Assembly: GCA_965248755.1 (NCBI GenBank)
Contig: OZ252149.1
Coordinates: 3,904,001 to 3,968,000 of the forward strand
Direction of reading: 5' to 3'
DNA length: 64,000 nt
From: Candidatus Latescibacterota bacterium
GTDB lineage: Bacteria > Latescibacterota > CBDEFO01
In this document: piece after piece, positions 1 through 9,660 of the stretch
Position numbering within the stretch: the stretch's first letter is position 1
How the letters are laid out: each line of letters opens with the position of its first letter
Translations under genes and position numbers: made by a program
Notes under the pieces: model-generated
What the model was told of the DNA's origin: nothing
Databases searched by the model: none
What the model saw: the letters and a program-made list of their open reading frames with translations, nothing else

Positions 1-1
1 C

Positions 2-733
2 GAAAGAGAGGTCCTCCAGAGAGCCAGCGCCATAATTTCGACCAACGAGCTGATGTCCTCTAACCTCCAAAGGAGACATCCCCTTATAAAATCCGAAAGA
101 TTCAAGGTCATAAGCCACGGCTTCGACCCTGATGACTTTGAAAGGGCTGACAATATCGAAAAAAAGTGTGACAAATTTACCATCACCTACACAGGCAGTT
201 TCTACGAGCGGATCACGCCACTGTATTTCCTTTTAGCCCTCAGAGAGATCCTGGACGAAAATCCTCATTTTGCCGACAAGATTAAGGCACTCTTTGTCGG
301 GATGTTCAGAAAGGAGAACGAAACATTAGTCCAAAAGCTGAAGCTCCAGGATATAGTAGAAGTAATCCCTTACGTCAAGCACAGAGAAAGCGTAAATTTC
401 CTTGTGGAGTCAGATCTTCTGTGGATGATGGTGGGGAGAGGTAAACTAAGCGAGACCATATCTGCAGGCAAGCTCTACGAATACATAGGTTCCCGAAAGC
501 CTATACTCGCCTGCGTCCCCAGAGGAGGAGTTGATGCTCGGGTCGTCCGCTCCACAGGCAACGGCACGGTGGTCCCTCCCGATGACGTACAGGCTATTAA
601 AGGAGCCCTGCTTTCATACTATAGCAAGTATGCAGACGGACAACTTAGGCGTACTCCCGTTCATATAGTAGAGAAGTATGATAGGAAAAGGCTAACGGAA
701 GAATTAGCCAGAATATTCGACAGCTGCATTTAA
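2..733 (+). CDS. Glycosyltransferase family 4, C-terminal part (runs off the window start)
   Basis: Frame open from position 2; GT-B motifs YTGSFY, KLYEYIGSRKPIL and YDRKRLTEEL. Confidence 0.85.
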   Translation, partial: EREVLQRASAIISTNELMSSNLQRRHPLIKSERFKVISHGFDPDDFERADNIEKKCDKFTITYTGSFYERITPLYFLLALREILDENPHFADKIKALFVGMFRKENETLVQKLKLQDIVEVIPYVKHRESVNFLVESDLLWMMVGRGKLSETISAGKLYEYIGSRKPILACVPRGGVDARVVRSTGNGTVVPPDDVQAIKGALLSYYSKYADGQLRRTPVHIVEKYDRKRLTEELARIFDSCI

Positions 734-767
734 CTATCAACCGAGTAGACAGTAGGTAAGGAAAACG

Positions 768-875
768 GTAGGCGCAGACAAGCGTGTCTGCTCTGAAAAT
801 ACCACAAATCGGGCGAACCACTTCGTGGCTTGTTGCCACATCTTCCTGTTCAATACCCCATAGGTTCGCCACCAC
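768..875 (+). repeat. Composite REP-like element (GTAG-headed palindromes with internal 20-bp motif)
   Basis: gcagac/gtctgc and gggcgaacc/ggttcgcc palindromes enclosing ccacttcgtggcttgttgcc (818-837); inverted relative of 1875-2010. Confidence 0.7.
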
Positions 876-889
876 ATAGGAGGGATTCC

Positions 890-1855
890 ATGAAGATTTT
901 CTTTCTACTGTTGTCTGCGGCAATGTTAGTTAGCTGTGCTGGCAAAAAGCCCGGGGCAACGGCTGTCAGCCAGAATATCTCCGTCCAGCTTAAATATATA
1001 ATGCAGTTTGGATCTCCCGGAGGCGGGGTCGGATCCTTCGTAGATGCACGGGGCATATCTGTGGACAAATCCGGCAACGTCTACGTTGCTGACACTGGAA
1101 ACAACAGGGTCCAGAAGTTCGGCCCACAGGGAAAGCCTCTCAAACAGATGGGGGGCTTCGGAGGGGAGGAGGAAGGACTTCGGGAGCCAACAGACGTATG
1201 GGCAAGGACCAGCCTGGAGATATACGTAGTGGACTCCCAGAACAGAAGGATACAACAATACGACAGGTATTTAAGCACTATAGGGACGATTCAATTTCTC
1301 TCTGGTAACGGTCAGGGTGCACCGGCATTTAGCCTCCCTACGGGTGTCGCTGTCTCAAGACACGGCGAAATCTATCTCACAGATCGAAACAACGGCGTGG
1401 TCTATAGAATCGACTCGTTCGGGAAGGTAGAACGTAGTTTCGGAGGATTTGGGTACGGAATCGGCGAACTTAGTGGACCCACAGGCGTCGCTGTGGACAG
1501 GGATGGGAACGTTTACGTCTGTGACACGGACAACGACAGGATCGTAAAATTCGACTCGTTCGGCTCATTTGATCGATCTATAGGCAAAGGTGAGCTTTTC
1601 AGACCCCACGGTATAGACATCAGTCTTGACAAATTGATATTCATCGCCGACACGGATAACCACAGGATAGTTGTCTTTAACCGCAAAGGGAAAGTAGTTA
1701 CAACTTTCGGTGCGCGCGGGGATGGACCTGCATCGTTCGAGCGTCCTTTCGACCTGACATTAAGTGGACAGGACATTCTCTATGTGATGGACACCGGGAA
1801 CGGAAGGGTTCAGAAGTTGGAAATCCAAAGGAAGACTTTACATCCTGTGCAGTAG
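890..1855 (+). CDS. NHL-repeat beta-propeller lipoprotein
   Basis: Repeated PxGVAVD..G.VYV.DT.N.R units; signal peptide with lipobox LVSC from ATG 890. Confidence 0.9.
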   Translation: MKIFFLLLSAAMLVSCAGKKPGATAVSQNISVQLKYIMQFGSPGGGVGSFVDARGISVDKSGNVYVADTGNNRVQKFGPQGKPLKQMGGFGGEEEGLREPTDVWARTSLEIYVVDSQNRRIQQYDRYLSTIGTIQFLSGNGQGAPAFSLPTGVAVSRHGEIYLTDRNNGVVYRIDSFGKVERSFGGFGYGIGELSGPTGVAVDRDGNVYVCDTDNDRIVKFDSFGSFDRSIGKGELFRPHGIDISLDKLIFIADTDNHRIVVFNRKGKVVTTFGARGDGPASFERPFDLTLSGQDILYVMDTGNGRVQKLEIQRKTLHPVQ

Positions 1856-1874
1856 AGAGGGAAAGTCAAAGGTT

Positions 1875-2010
1875 GTATGGGCGAACCCATGTGGCATTGG
1901 AGGGGGAGATGTGGCAACAAACCACGCAGTGGGTAGAGCGGATGAGGAGTCGGCAACAAACCACGCAGTGGTTCGCCCAAGTTTAAAGGGCAGACAGACG
2001 GGTCTGCCCT
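1875..2010 (-). repeat. Composite REP-like element, inverted copy with duplicated 20-bp motif
   Basis: ggcaacaaaccacgcagtgg at 1913-1932 and 1952-1971 inside gggcgaa/ttcgccc; agggcagac/gtctgccct hairpin at 1987-2010. Confidence 0.7.
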
Positions 2011-2017
2011 TGCCTGT

Positions 2018-3895
2018 CTAACTACTCTCCGCCATCCACTTTTCGTAGAAGTCGTCGATTTGAGCCTTGAGTCGTTCGAGTTGTTTTACTGCACGGCGAC
2101 CTTCGCGATGGTCGCGGCGTGCAAATGCGTCTGCAACACGCCGCTCAAGTTCGACTTTCTGTTGCTCAGTTTCCTCGATGTGCTGTTCTAAAGCGACCGA
2201 TGCCTTTCCGTGTGTTTTCTTCAGCTTTGGCCGTTCGCGATGTTTCCGTCGCTTCGCGATGCGACCAACAGCCCGAGGCGTGGATTCCATTCGCGCATAC
2301 CAGAAATCGGTGAAGTTTCCAGGATACGAAACCAACTGCCGATCTTGCACTTCGACAACCCGGTTAACAATCTTGTCAACGAAGTAACGGTCGTGGGAGA
2401 CTACAAGAATCGTGCCTTCGAAGCTGTCCAGCGCGTCTTCGACAGCCTCCCGCGCTGGGATGTCGAGGTGATTGGTCGGTTCGTCGAGAATGAGGAAATT
2501 TGCCCTCAATACCATCAGTCGGGCCAATTGCAGACGGTTGCGCTCCCCACCGGATAAATCGTTCACTTTCTTCCGCAAGTCGTCCCCTCTAAACAGGAAT
2601 CGTGCTAATACGCCGGAGGCATCCCTGCGGCTCATAGGAGCCGCAGCCATCATCTCATCGAAGATCGTCCGATCGCCTCGGAGTACCTCCTGTTCCTGGG
2701 AACCGTAGCCCACACGCAGACTCGGTCCGATGCGAATCACCTGGCTATCCCACGCCCCGTACTCTACTATGTCGCGCAGCAATGTCGTCTTGCCATGGCC
2801 GTTGGGTGCGACCAATGCCACTCGCTCACCGCAGGCGATGTCGAGGTTCGCATTCTCGAAAAGTTTCAGGTCTCCAAAGGCCTTGCTGTAGCCGCGAATC
2901 TGCAGCGCGATGTTCGCCCGAGTCGCCTCCGTCTTGAAGTCTGCCCGTATTGTTGATTCTCCTAAAATTGGCTGTTCGACAGCTTGCTTCTTCTCTCGCT
3001 CCAGTTGCGAGCGCTTTGCTCGGAGACGTTTGCCCCACTTTGGATCTGGCCGAGATCGTGCGATCTGCTGGAACCTCTTCACTAGTTCTTCGAGCTGGGC
3101 GAGACGCTTCTGATTGGCGATGTAGTCCGACTGCTGTGCGATCAGTTTGCGCAGCCTCGTCGCTCGGTAAGTCGAATAGACTCCGTCGTAGTAACTGACC
3201 CGTCCGCCTTCGAGGTGCAAGATGCCGTGAACCGCGCGGTCGAGCAGGTAGCGGTTGTGGGAGACAACCAACACGGCACCCTTGAATCGGATCAAGAAAT
3301 CTTCCAGCCACGCGATGCCCAAGTAGTCGAGGTGATTCGCTGGCTCATCGAGCACCAGCAGGTCCGGCTCGGTCAACAGAGCCGGGACCAGCGAGAGCAC
3401 GTTCTTCTCGCCGCCTGAAAGAGACCCAATCTTCTGCTCTCCTCTTCCTGCGAGTCCCAGAGCATCGACCATTGCCCTTGCCTGCTGGGGGAAATGGTCG
3501 CCGTCGATGCGGTCGTAGTTGTCAAGTGCCTGTTCGTAAGCCCGCAAAGTCCTGTCCATCTGTCCTTCCGAGGCCCGGGCGAGTCGCTCCTCTTGCTCCC
3601 GTAGCGCTGATGTTAGGCGTCGATGTTCAGCTAGGATGTAGCCCAAAACCGTGTCGTTCTCGTCGTAGTCAACATACTGCGGCACGTATCCGACCCTCAC
3701 ACCCTTTGCCAGAATGGCAGTGCCTTCGGATGGCCTCTCTTGACCGAGAAGGATGCGCAGAATGGTCGTCTTGCCCGATCCGTTGGGGCCGATCAGCCCC
3801 AACTTCTGGCCGGAGCTAATCTGGAACGATACGCTCTTTAAGACGGCCTGGACGACATAGCGTTTAGTAATGTTCTGAAGGCTTGCCAACAACAT
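2018..3895 (-). CDS. ABC-F family ATPase
   Basis: Two ABC domains (GPNGSGKT, LSGGE, LDEP.NHLD, twice), no transmembrane segments, coiled-coil tail. Confidence 0.92.
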   Translation of the reverse strand: MLLASLQNITKRYVVQAVLKSVSFQISSGQKLGLIGPNGSGKTTILRILLGQERPSEGTAILAKGVRVGYVPQYVDYDENDTVLGYILAEHRRLTSALREQEERLARASEGQMDRTLRAYEQALDNYDRIDGDHFPQQARAMVDALGLAGRGEQKIGSLSGGEKNVLSLVPALLTEPDLLVLDEPANHLDYLGIAWLEDFLIRFKGAVLVVSHNRYLLDRAVHGILHLEGGRVSYYDGVYSTYRATRLRKLIAQQSDYIANQKRLAQLEELVKRFQQIARSRPDPKWGKRLRAKRSQLEREKKQAVEQPILGESTIRADFKTEATRANIALQIRGYSKAFGDLKLFENANLDIACGERVALVAPNGHGKTTLLRDIVEYGAWDSQVIRIGPSLRVGYGSQEQEVLRGDRTIFDEMMAAAPMSRRDASGVLARFLFRGDDLRKKVNDLSGGERNRLQLARLMVLRANFLILDEPTNHLDIPAREAVEDALDSFEGTILVVSHDRYFVDKIVNRVVEVQDRQLVSYPGNFTDFWYARMESTPRAVGRIAKRRKHRERPKLKKTHGKASVALEQHIEETEQQKVELERRVADAFARRDHREGRRAVKQLERLKAQIDDFYEKWMAESS

Positions 3896-4047
3896 GATTC
3901 AAATCTCCAACATTCGAATTATAGCTCGCTTCTTTCGCCTTATGTTCGCATTTAAATAAGCGGACAGGGAAAGGCAAAGGCTGCAGGGGTTTTCCCCTGT
4001 GGCAGTGGAGGGGAAGAGGTAACCCTGTTCCTACTGTCTACCGAAGT

Positions 4048-4629
4048 TCACAGTATCGTCTCCACGAAGCCTATGCTTTGGGGGTCCAGCTTGGTGTAGT
4101 CCGGGATCTCGAAGCGGTCGCCGTCCACATCGATCAGTAAAAGACGGTGGTCGCCGAGCCAAAGGGCGCTATCTTGTGTCCCAGTGATCACGAATTCTCG
4201 TCTGCCTCGGTCGGTCTCCACCTCCCAGTAGGAGGTGCCGAACTCGCTCCTGATTGAGTTGATTCTGTAGACAGTGCTCGTCAGGTAGCGCTTCTCCAGT
4301 TCGTCCTGGATGATCTGATAGGACTCCTGGTCCAGTTCCGAAGGATCAGAGATCATACATATCTCCTGCTCCTTGATGTCCAGGATGGAGATGTGAGTGT
4401 CTGGCCGTGAGAGGGGCGATGCCAGGACTACTTTGACCCTGATGTACGTGCGGTCCTTCTCCAGCGTCATACACAGATCCCAGGCGGGTTGACGGAGGAG
4501 TCGGATCCTCTGAGGATCTACAGGCTTTCTGGGTCCTTCCTCCACACCGGGTTGGATGACTGTCTTTGCAATTTTGTCTTCTGGCATTCTTGGGTTCTTT
4601 TGATATGATAAGTTGCCTTTTGGGGGCAT
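4048..4629 (-). CDS. DUF1854-like protein
   Basis: P.S.PD..ISI.D...EI, W.VETDRG and D.DG.RFEIPD motifs; adjacent to ABC exporters. Confidence 0.8.
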   Translation of the reverse strand: MPPKGNLSYQKNPRMPEDKIAKTVIQPGVEEGPRKPVDPQRIRLLRQPAWDLCMTLEKDRTYIRVKVVLASPLSRPDTHISILDIKEQEICMISDPSELDQESYQIIQDELEKRYLTSTVYRINSIRSEFGTSYWEVETDRGRREFVITGTQDSALWLGDHRLLLIDVDGDRFEIPDYTKLDPQSIGFVETIL

Positions 4630-4647
4630 GGGCAGGAGGTGTCCTGA

Positions 4648-6897
4648 CTACTGAGTTCTCTCTCCCGTCTGCTTGTTCGGATCGTCCTTGCCGCCGCCGA
4701 CGGCTATGACTGCTGACGTTTCCTGCTGGGTCTTTATCATCCGATAAAAGATGCCCTCCTGAGCTATCAGTTCCTCGTGGCTTCCCACTTCCACCGCCTT
4801 TCCATCTTCCAATACGACCAATCTATCTGCATATCTTAAGGTGCTTAACCTGTGAGCAATGGCAAATGTGGTCCTGCCTTCTACCAACCGCCTGACAGCC
4901 TGCTGTACCTGCTTCTCCGTCTCCGTGTCCACTGATGATGTAGCCTCATCCAATATCAATATACGGGGATCGTGCAATATCGCACGGGCGATGGAAATTC
5001 GCTGTTTTTCTCCACCTGAGAGTCTGCCTCCCCGTTCTCCCACCTGTGTGTCGTATCCGTCGGGCTTTGCCACTATGAAGTCGTGTGCGTTGGCGGCTCT
5101 CGCGGCCTGGACTATCTCCTCAAAAGTCGCTTGTGGCCTGCTATAAGAGATATTCTCCGAAATTGTTCCGCTGAAGAGAAACGGTTCCTGAAGCACCATA
5201 CCGATATGTTTTCTTAAATCCTCTAACTTTATGTCTTTGACGTCCACTCCGTCTATCTTCAGCGAGCCACCGTCCACGTCGTAGAATCGGCAGATCAGGT
5301 TGATCATGGTGGTCTTTCCCACACCTGATTTTCCCACCAGTCCTATCATCTCTCCCGGTTCTACGTTCAGGTCGATCTCCTTGAGCACCGGCTTGCTCTT
5401 GACGTACCCGAACGACGCCCTCTCAAATGTGATCCGACCTTCGATATTCGGCATCGGGCGGGCGTTCGGATCGTTGTACGGTTCGGGTTTCGAGTCGATA
5501 ATCTCAAAGACCCGCTCAGCGCCGGAGAAGGCGTTTGTCATCCAACTGTTCAGCTCCCCGAACCACTGAAGGGGATCGTATAGCATCCACAGATAACTGA
5601 TAAAGGCGACGAGGCTCCCCAATTGGAACTTCTCATCTATGATGTCCATTCCTCCCACGTACCAGACTAAAAGGAGCCCGGTGCCGGTGCAGAAGTTCAT
5701 AGTGGCGAAGAAGAGCACCCACACTCGTTCTATGATCACATCAATGTTGAAGAAACTATCGTTCCGATTGTGAAATCTTCTCAGTTCTCTGGGTTCCTGT
5801 GCGAAGGCTTTGACCACGCGGATGCCCGAGAGCGTCTCCTGAACGTGCGCTGTAAACTTTGCCCGGCGGATCCAGGCCTTGCGGAAGTACTTCAGGAGCC
5901 GTCTCCAGAAGAACCAGCCTCCGAAGATCAGGCAGGGGACTGGCAGAAGCACATATAGGGTCAGATGCCAGCTCATGTAGAACAGAAAGATCAGGATCCC
6001 GACCATCATCAAGGTGTTGTTTACGATGTAGGGGAGTCCGTTAATCAGGAACTCCTCCATGCTCTCCGTGTCGTTGGTGACCCGGGACATCAGGGATCCC
6101 ACCTGCTTTTTGTCGTAGAACCTCAGGGACATCCTTTGGAGCTGTCGGTATAGGCGTCCCCGGATGTCCACTGTCATTCGCCCGCCCAACCACACGGACA
6201 GCGACCAGTGCAGGATCTCTGTGATCCAGGTGAGCACTTTCAGACCCAAAAGTGCCAGTACAAGGTAGATCAACAGCGAAAAACTCCCGCGCGGCACCAG
6301 GACATCGTCGATGATCCTCTTGACCAAAAGCGGGGGGGCCAGTCCGATTACGGTCATAAGGAGGCTGACCAGCACCATAGCGGCGGCCTGCACTTTGTAC
6401 GGTGCCAGGTACCCGGATATGCGGCGCAGGGTTGCTATTTTACCGATACATGCGGGACATATTCCGTCGCGCTCTGGAAGGAGGCGTCCGCAACGCTCGC
6501 AGCGGGTTCGCTCCTGCTCAGTCGAGATGGAAAGCTCCTCCCCCTTTGCCAACTGCTGAATGCCCCGGGCTACCTCGGCGAATTTATCGGCGTACGCGCT
6601 GGAGTAGTAGAGAAAGTCCGTGGTATGGCCATTCTGGCTTATCTGTAAACATCCGCCGCCGATAAGGGCGTCTATCTTTGCTGAGCTGATGTCCTCAAGT
6701 GGGATCTGGGCTATTCCGTCGGTTCCATCGAAAGAAAACCTGAGCACTCGCCGCTCGGTCACTATCAGCCAGACAGATGCATACGTTCTGTCCTCCGCCA
6801 CGTCTGTCTCCACGCTGATGCGGACCCGTTCCCCGTCACTCATAACCTCTTTGAATTTCTGCTCGATGCTCTCGGGCATCGGTTCCATGAAAGTCAT
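4648..6897 (-). CDS. ABC exporter, fused permease/ATPase with N-terminal extension
   Basis: Six-TM domain, GKSGVGKT, LSGGEKQR, LDEATS; N-terminal CERC...CPAC. Confidence 0.92.
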   Translation of the reverse strand: MTFMEPMPESIEQKFKEVMSDGERVRISVETDVAEDRTYASVWLIVTERRVLRFSFDGTDGIAQIPLEDISSAKIDALIGGGCLQISQNGHTTDFLYYSSAYADKFAEVARGIQQLAKGEELSISTEQERTRCERCGRLLPERDGICPACIGKIATLRRISGYLAPYKVQAAAMVLVSLLMTVIGLAPPLLVKRIIDDVLVPRGSFSLLIYLVLALLGLKVLTWITEILHWSLSVWLGGRMTVDIRGRLYRQLQRMSLRFYDKKQVGSLMSRVTNDTESMEEFLINGLPYIVNNTLMMVGILIFLFYMSWHLTLYVLLPVPCLIFGGWFFWRRLLKYFRKAWIRRAKFTAHVQETLSGIRVVKAFAQEPRELRRFHNRNDSFFNIDVIIERVWVLFFATMNFCTGTGLLLVWYVGGMDIIDEKFQLGSLVAFISYLWMLYDPLQWFGELNSWMTNAFSGAERVFEIIDSKPEPYNDPNARPMPNIEGRITFERASFGYVKSKPVLKEIDLNVEPGEMIGLVGKSGVGKTTMINLICRFYDVDGGSLKIDGVDVKDIKLEDLRKHIGMVLQEPFLFSGTISENISYSRPQATFEEIVQAARAANAHDFIVAKPDGYDTQVGERGGRLSGGEKQRISIARAILHDPRILILDEATSSVDTETEKQVQQAVRRLVEGRTTFAIAHRLSTLRYADRLVVLEDGKAVEVGSHEELIAQEGIFYRMIKTQQETSAVIAVGGGKDDPNKQTGERTQ

Positions 6898-6949
6898 CTT
6901 CTATTTCCTAAAATTAGCAGACAGTAGACAGGGACATCTCCTCCGCTCC

Positions 6950-7013
6950 CTTGAGATTGTCCCCGATTGAGCCCCCGATAGATTCAATCGGGGGTCAGGG
7001 GGAAGCAATCTCA
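6950..7013. repeat. Nested palindromic repeat
   Basis: Outer tgagattg/caatctca arms around ccccgatagattcaatcgggg (6973-6993), which itself sits inside ccccgattga...tcagggg. Confidence 0.65.
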
Positions 7014-7049
7014 CTTAGACTGTCTTTCCCTGTTTGCTGTCTACTTTTC

Positions 7050-9266
7050 CTACTCCTTAATACCTATAATCTGAGAGGTCTGGCTCTGCAGTTCGACAAG
7101 CCTGTCGAACACACCTCCTTTAGCCATCAGTTCCTCGTGGCTTCCTACCTCTGCTACCTTTCCGTCCTCCAATATGACCAGTCTATCTGCATATCTTAAG
7201 GTGCTTAGCCTGTGAGCAATAGCAAACGTCGTCCTGCCTTTAATTAACCGTTTTATAGCCTCCTGTATCTGCTTTTCTGTCTCAGTGTCCACCGAGGATG
7301 TTGCCTCGTCTAAGATCAATATGCGGGGATTGTGCAATATGGCACGAGCAATTGAGATGCGCTGCTTTTCTCCCACTGAGAGTCTACCTCCCCGTTCTCC
7401 CACCTGCGTGTCGTAGCCGTCAGGTTTTGCCACTATGAAGTTGTGTGCGTTTGCGGCTTCGGCGGCCTGGATTACCTCCTCAAAGGTCGCATCTGGTCTG
7501 CCGTAGGAGATATTCTCAGCTATTGTGCCGTTGAAGAGAAACGGCTCCTGGAGGACGACGCCTATCTGTTTTCTGAGGTCTTCTAACTTTATGTCTTTGA
7601 CCTCCATACCGTCTATCTTCAGGGAACCACTATCCACGTCGTAGAATCGGCAGATCAGGTTGATCGTGGTGGTCTTGCCCGCTCCCGATTTGCCCACCAG
7701 TCCTATCATCTCTCCCGGTTTTACATCCAGGTCGATGTTCTTCAGCACCGGTTTGCTCTTATCGTAGCCAAACGTTACGTCCTCAAAGGTCACCTGTCCT
7801 TTCATGTCGGGTAGAGGGATCGCCCTGGGGTTTTCATAGCCCTCGGGTTTTGTGTCTATAATCTCGAATATACGTTCAGCGCCGGAGAAGGCTCGCGTCA
7901 CCCAGCTATTCAGCTGGGTGAGCCAGCGAAGAGGGCCGTAAAAGAGCCACGAGTAGCTGTAGAATGCCCACAGTTGGCCGAGCGTCAGTTCTTCTCCCAA
8001 CACCTGTTTTCCTCCCACGATCCAGATGATCAGAGTACCAACTCCGGCGATAAGGCCCGCTGTCGAGGAGAATAAGGCCCATTTGCGCTCGGTGAAGTAA
8101 CCTATCTTGAACAGGTCGACGCTTTTCTCATCGAATCGGTGGATCTCACGCTTTTCCTGCGCGAACGCCTTGACCACCCTGATCCCGGAGAGTGACTCTT
8201 CTATCCGAGCGGAGAACTGCGCCCATTGCCGCCACCACTTTCGGTAATAGACCCGCAGGCGCTTCCAGAGCAGGCCGTTCCAGATAATGATGAAGGGAAC
8301 AGGAATCATCAGATAGAGGGTCAGCACCCAGTTCATGTGGAAGAGCATGCCGACGATCCCGAAGAAGAGGAGACACCGGAGAACTATGTAGGGCAGTCCG
8401 TCGACAAGGAAGTATTTGAGGGTCTGTGTATCGTTCGTCACACGAGACATTAGAGCCCCGATCTGTTTCTTGTCGTAGAACTGCAGGGAGAGGAGCTCCA
8501 ACTGTCTGAAGACGTCGGCTCGTATGTCCGCAACGACCCGGGCACCGAGCCAGGCGACTATCCAACCGTGGATCATCTCTGCTCCCCAGGTCAGGAGTCT
8601 GACCCCACCTAACCCTAAGACCAGTAAGAGAAGGAGGTGTGCATTTGCGTGCTTTAACGCGTCGTCTATGATCCACTGGCTCAGCTTAGGAGGAATCAGT
8701 TCCGCGGCGGTGCTGACCAGCGAGACGGCTACCACACCTACTGCCTTGCCTGTATGGGGCTTGAGATACCGGCAGAGCCGGGCAAAGACCTGCCACTTCT
8801 TAACGCAGGCGGGACAGATACCGTTCCGCTCCGGCAGCAGGCGGCCGCATTTATCGCAGCGAGTTCTGTCCTCTTCTTCAGAAAGACGTAGCGGATCCCC
8901 ACGAGAAAGCTGCTGGATTCCCCGCGTCACCTCTGAAAACTTCTCTTTCATGCTGCTGGAGTAGTAAAGGTGTTCAGTTTGCTTCCCCTTAACCGAAAGC
9001 TCCAGCCGTCCGCCGCCCACCAACGGCTCCGTCTTAGCCTCGGTGATCTCCTTCAACGGGAGTTCAACCGTCCCGTTGCGCCCATCCGGCGAGAACATCA
9101 GCACCCTTCGGTCTGTGACTACCATCCAGCGTTCACCGTAGGTTCGATCTTCCGCCAAATCGGTGGAGACGCTGATATTCACACGCTCGTCCCTTTGAAC
9201 AATCCTTTTGAACTTCTCTTCTATGTAGGAAGGCATCGCCTCTTGGAATCTCATTGTCTGCTCCAT
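7050..9266 (-). CDS. ABC exporter paralog (probable heterodimer partner of 4648-6897)
   Basis: Same architecture, CDKC...CPAC, GKSGAGKT; degenerate signature LSVGEKQR. Confidence 0.92.
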   Translation of the reverse strand: MEQTMRFQEAMPSYIEEKFKRIVQRDERVNISVSTDLAEDRTYGERWMVVTDRRVLMFSPDGRNGTVELPLKEITEAKTEPLVGGGRLELSVKGKQTEHLYYSSSMKEKFSEVTRGIQQLSRGDPLRLSEEEDRTRCDKCGRLLPERNGICPACVKKWQVFARLCRYLKPHTGKAVGVVAVSLVSTAAELIPPKLSQWIIDDALKHANAHLLLLLVLGLGGVRLLTWGAEMIHGWIVAWLGARVVADIRADVFRQLELLSLQFYDKKQIGALMSRVTNDTQTLKYFLVDGLPYIVLRCLLFFGIVGMLFHMNWVLTLYLMIPVPFIIIWNGLLWKRLRVYYRKWWRQWAQFSARIEESLSGIRVVKAFAQEKREIHRFDEKSVDLFKIGYFTERKWALFSSTAGLIAGVGTLIIWIVGGKQVLGEELTLGQLWAFYSYSWLFYGPLRWLTQLNSWVTRAFSGAERIFEIIDTKPEGYENPRAIPLPDMKGQVTFEDVTFGYDKSKPVLKNIDLDVKPGEMIGLVGKSGAGKTTTINLICRFYDVDSGSLKIDGMEVKDIKLEDLRKQIGVVLQEPFLFNGTIAENISYGRPDATFEEVIQAAEAANAHNFIVAKPDGYDTQVGERGGRLSVGEKQRISIARAILHNPRILILDEATSSVDTETEKQIQEAIKRLIKGRTTFAIAHRLSTLRYADRLVILEDGKVAEVGSHEELMAKGGVFDRLVELQSQTSQIIGIKE

Positions 9267-9300
9267 AAAGTAAGAAAGGACTATGGATTAAACAAGTTCA

Positions 9301-9341
9301 ATAAAAAAGAGCCGCAGGGGAAGATCCCCGCGACTCTTTTT
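9301..9341 (-). terminator. Intrinsic terminator in the leader of the ABC operon (bidirectional shape)
   Basis: Minus strand AAAAAGAGUCGCGGGGA-UCU-UCCCCUGCGGCUC-UUUUUU, about 35 nt upstream of ATG 9266. Confidence 0.8.
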
Positions 9342-9371
9342 GTATATAAAGTCGTCTCTATGGCAATATAT

Positions 9372-9467
9372 TCACCAAGGAGGATCTTCTCCCGAAGGAG
9401 GTACACAGAGGACTGCCTCATTAAGCAGACTGGAAATTATATATTTATTTACCGTAATATTTGACAT
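9372..9467 (-). CDS. Putative 31-aa leader peptide MSNITVNKYIISSLLNEAVLCVPPSGEDPPW
   Basis: AGGAGAAGG upstream (9477-9485); lies between promoter and terminator; EDPP codons complementary to terminator. Confidence 0.45.
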   Translation of the reverse strand: MSNITVNKYIISSLLNEAVLCVPPSGEDPPW

Positions 9468-9612
9468 TTTCTGCAACCTTCTCCTAACGAGGCAAGTGTA
9501 CGCACTTATCCTCTTAAAAGTAGGTATAAAGATTCCATGCGCAATAAAACCATTTCGAAAGCTCTCTGCAAAGGGTGTCTCCAATACTATGCATCAACAT
9601 CCTTAATTTATA

Positions 9613-9641
9613 AGTATACACAATAAGGCTTCTCTTGTCAA
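9613..9641 (-). promoter_or_regulatory. Sigma70-type promoter
   Basis: TTGACA-17 bp-TATACT on the minus strand. Confidence 0.75.
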
Positions 9642-9660
9642 ACATTTTGTCAAAATGTTT
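9640..9660. promoter_or_regulatory. Palindromic operator candidate
   Basis: Perfect AAACATTTTG-T-CAAAATGTTT abutting the -35 box. Confidence 0.5.

Noticed and set aside
830..889. TTG start extending the NHL protein
   Set aside because: The extension runs through the repeat element; the signal peptide begins at ATG 890
1913..1971. 20-bp repeat, 19-bp spacer, repeat as a mini CRISPR array
   Set aside because: Only two short units, embedded in a REP-like element, and no cas genes in the window
2067..9464. Many short overlapping ORFs opposite the ABC genes
   Set aside because: Antisense or alternate-frame ORFs without RBS or recognisable motifs
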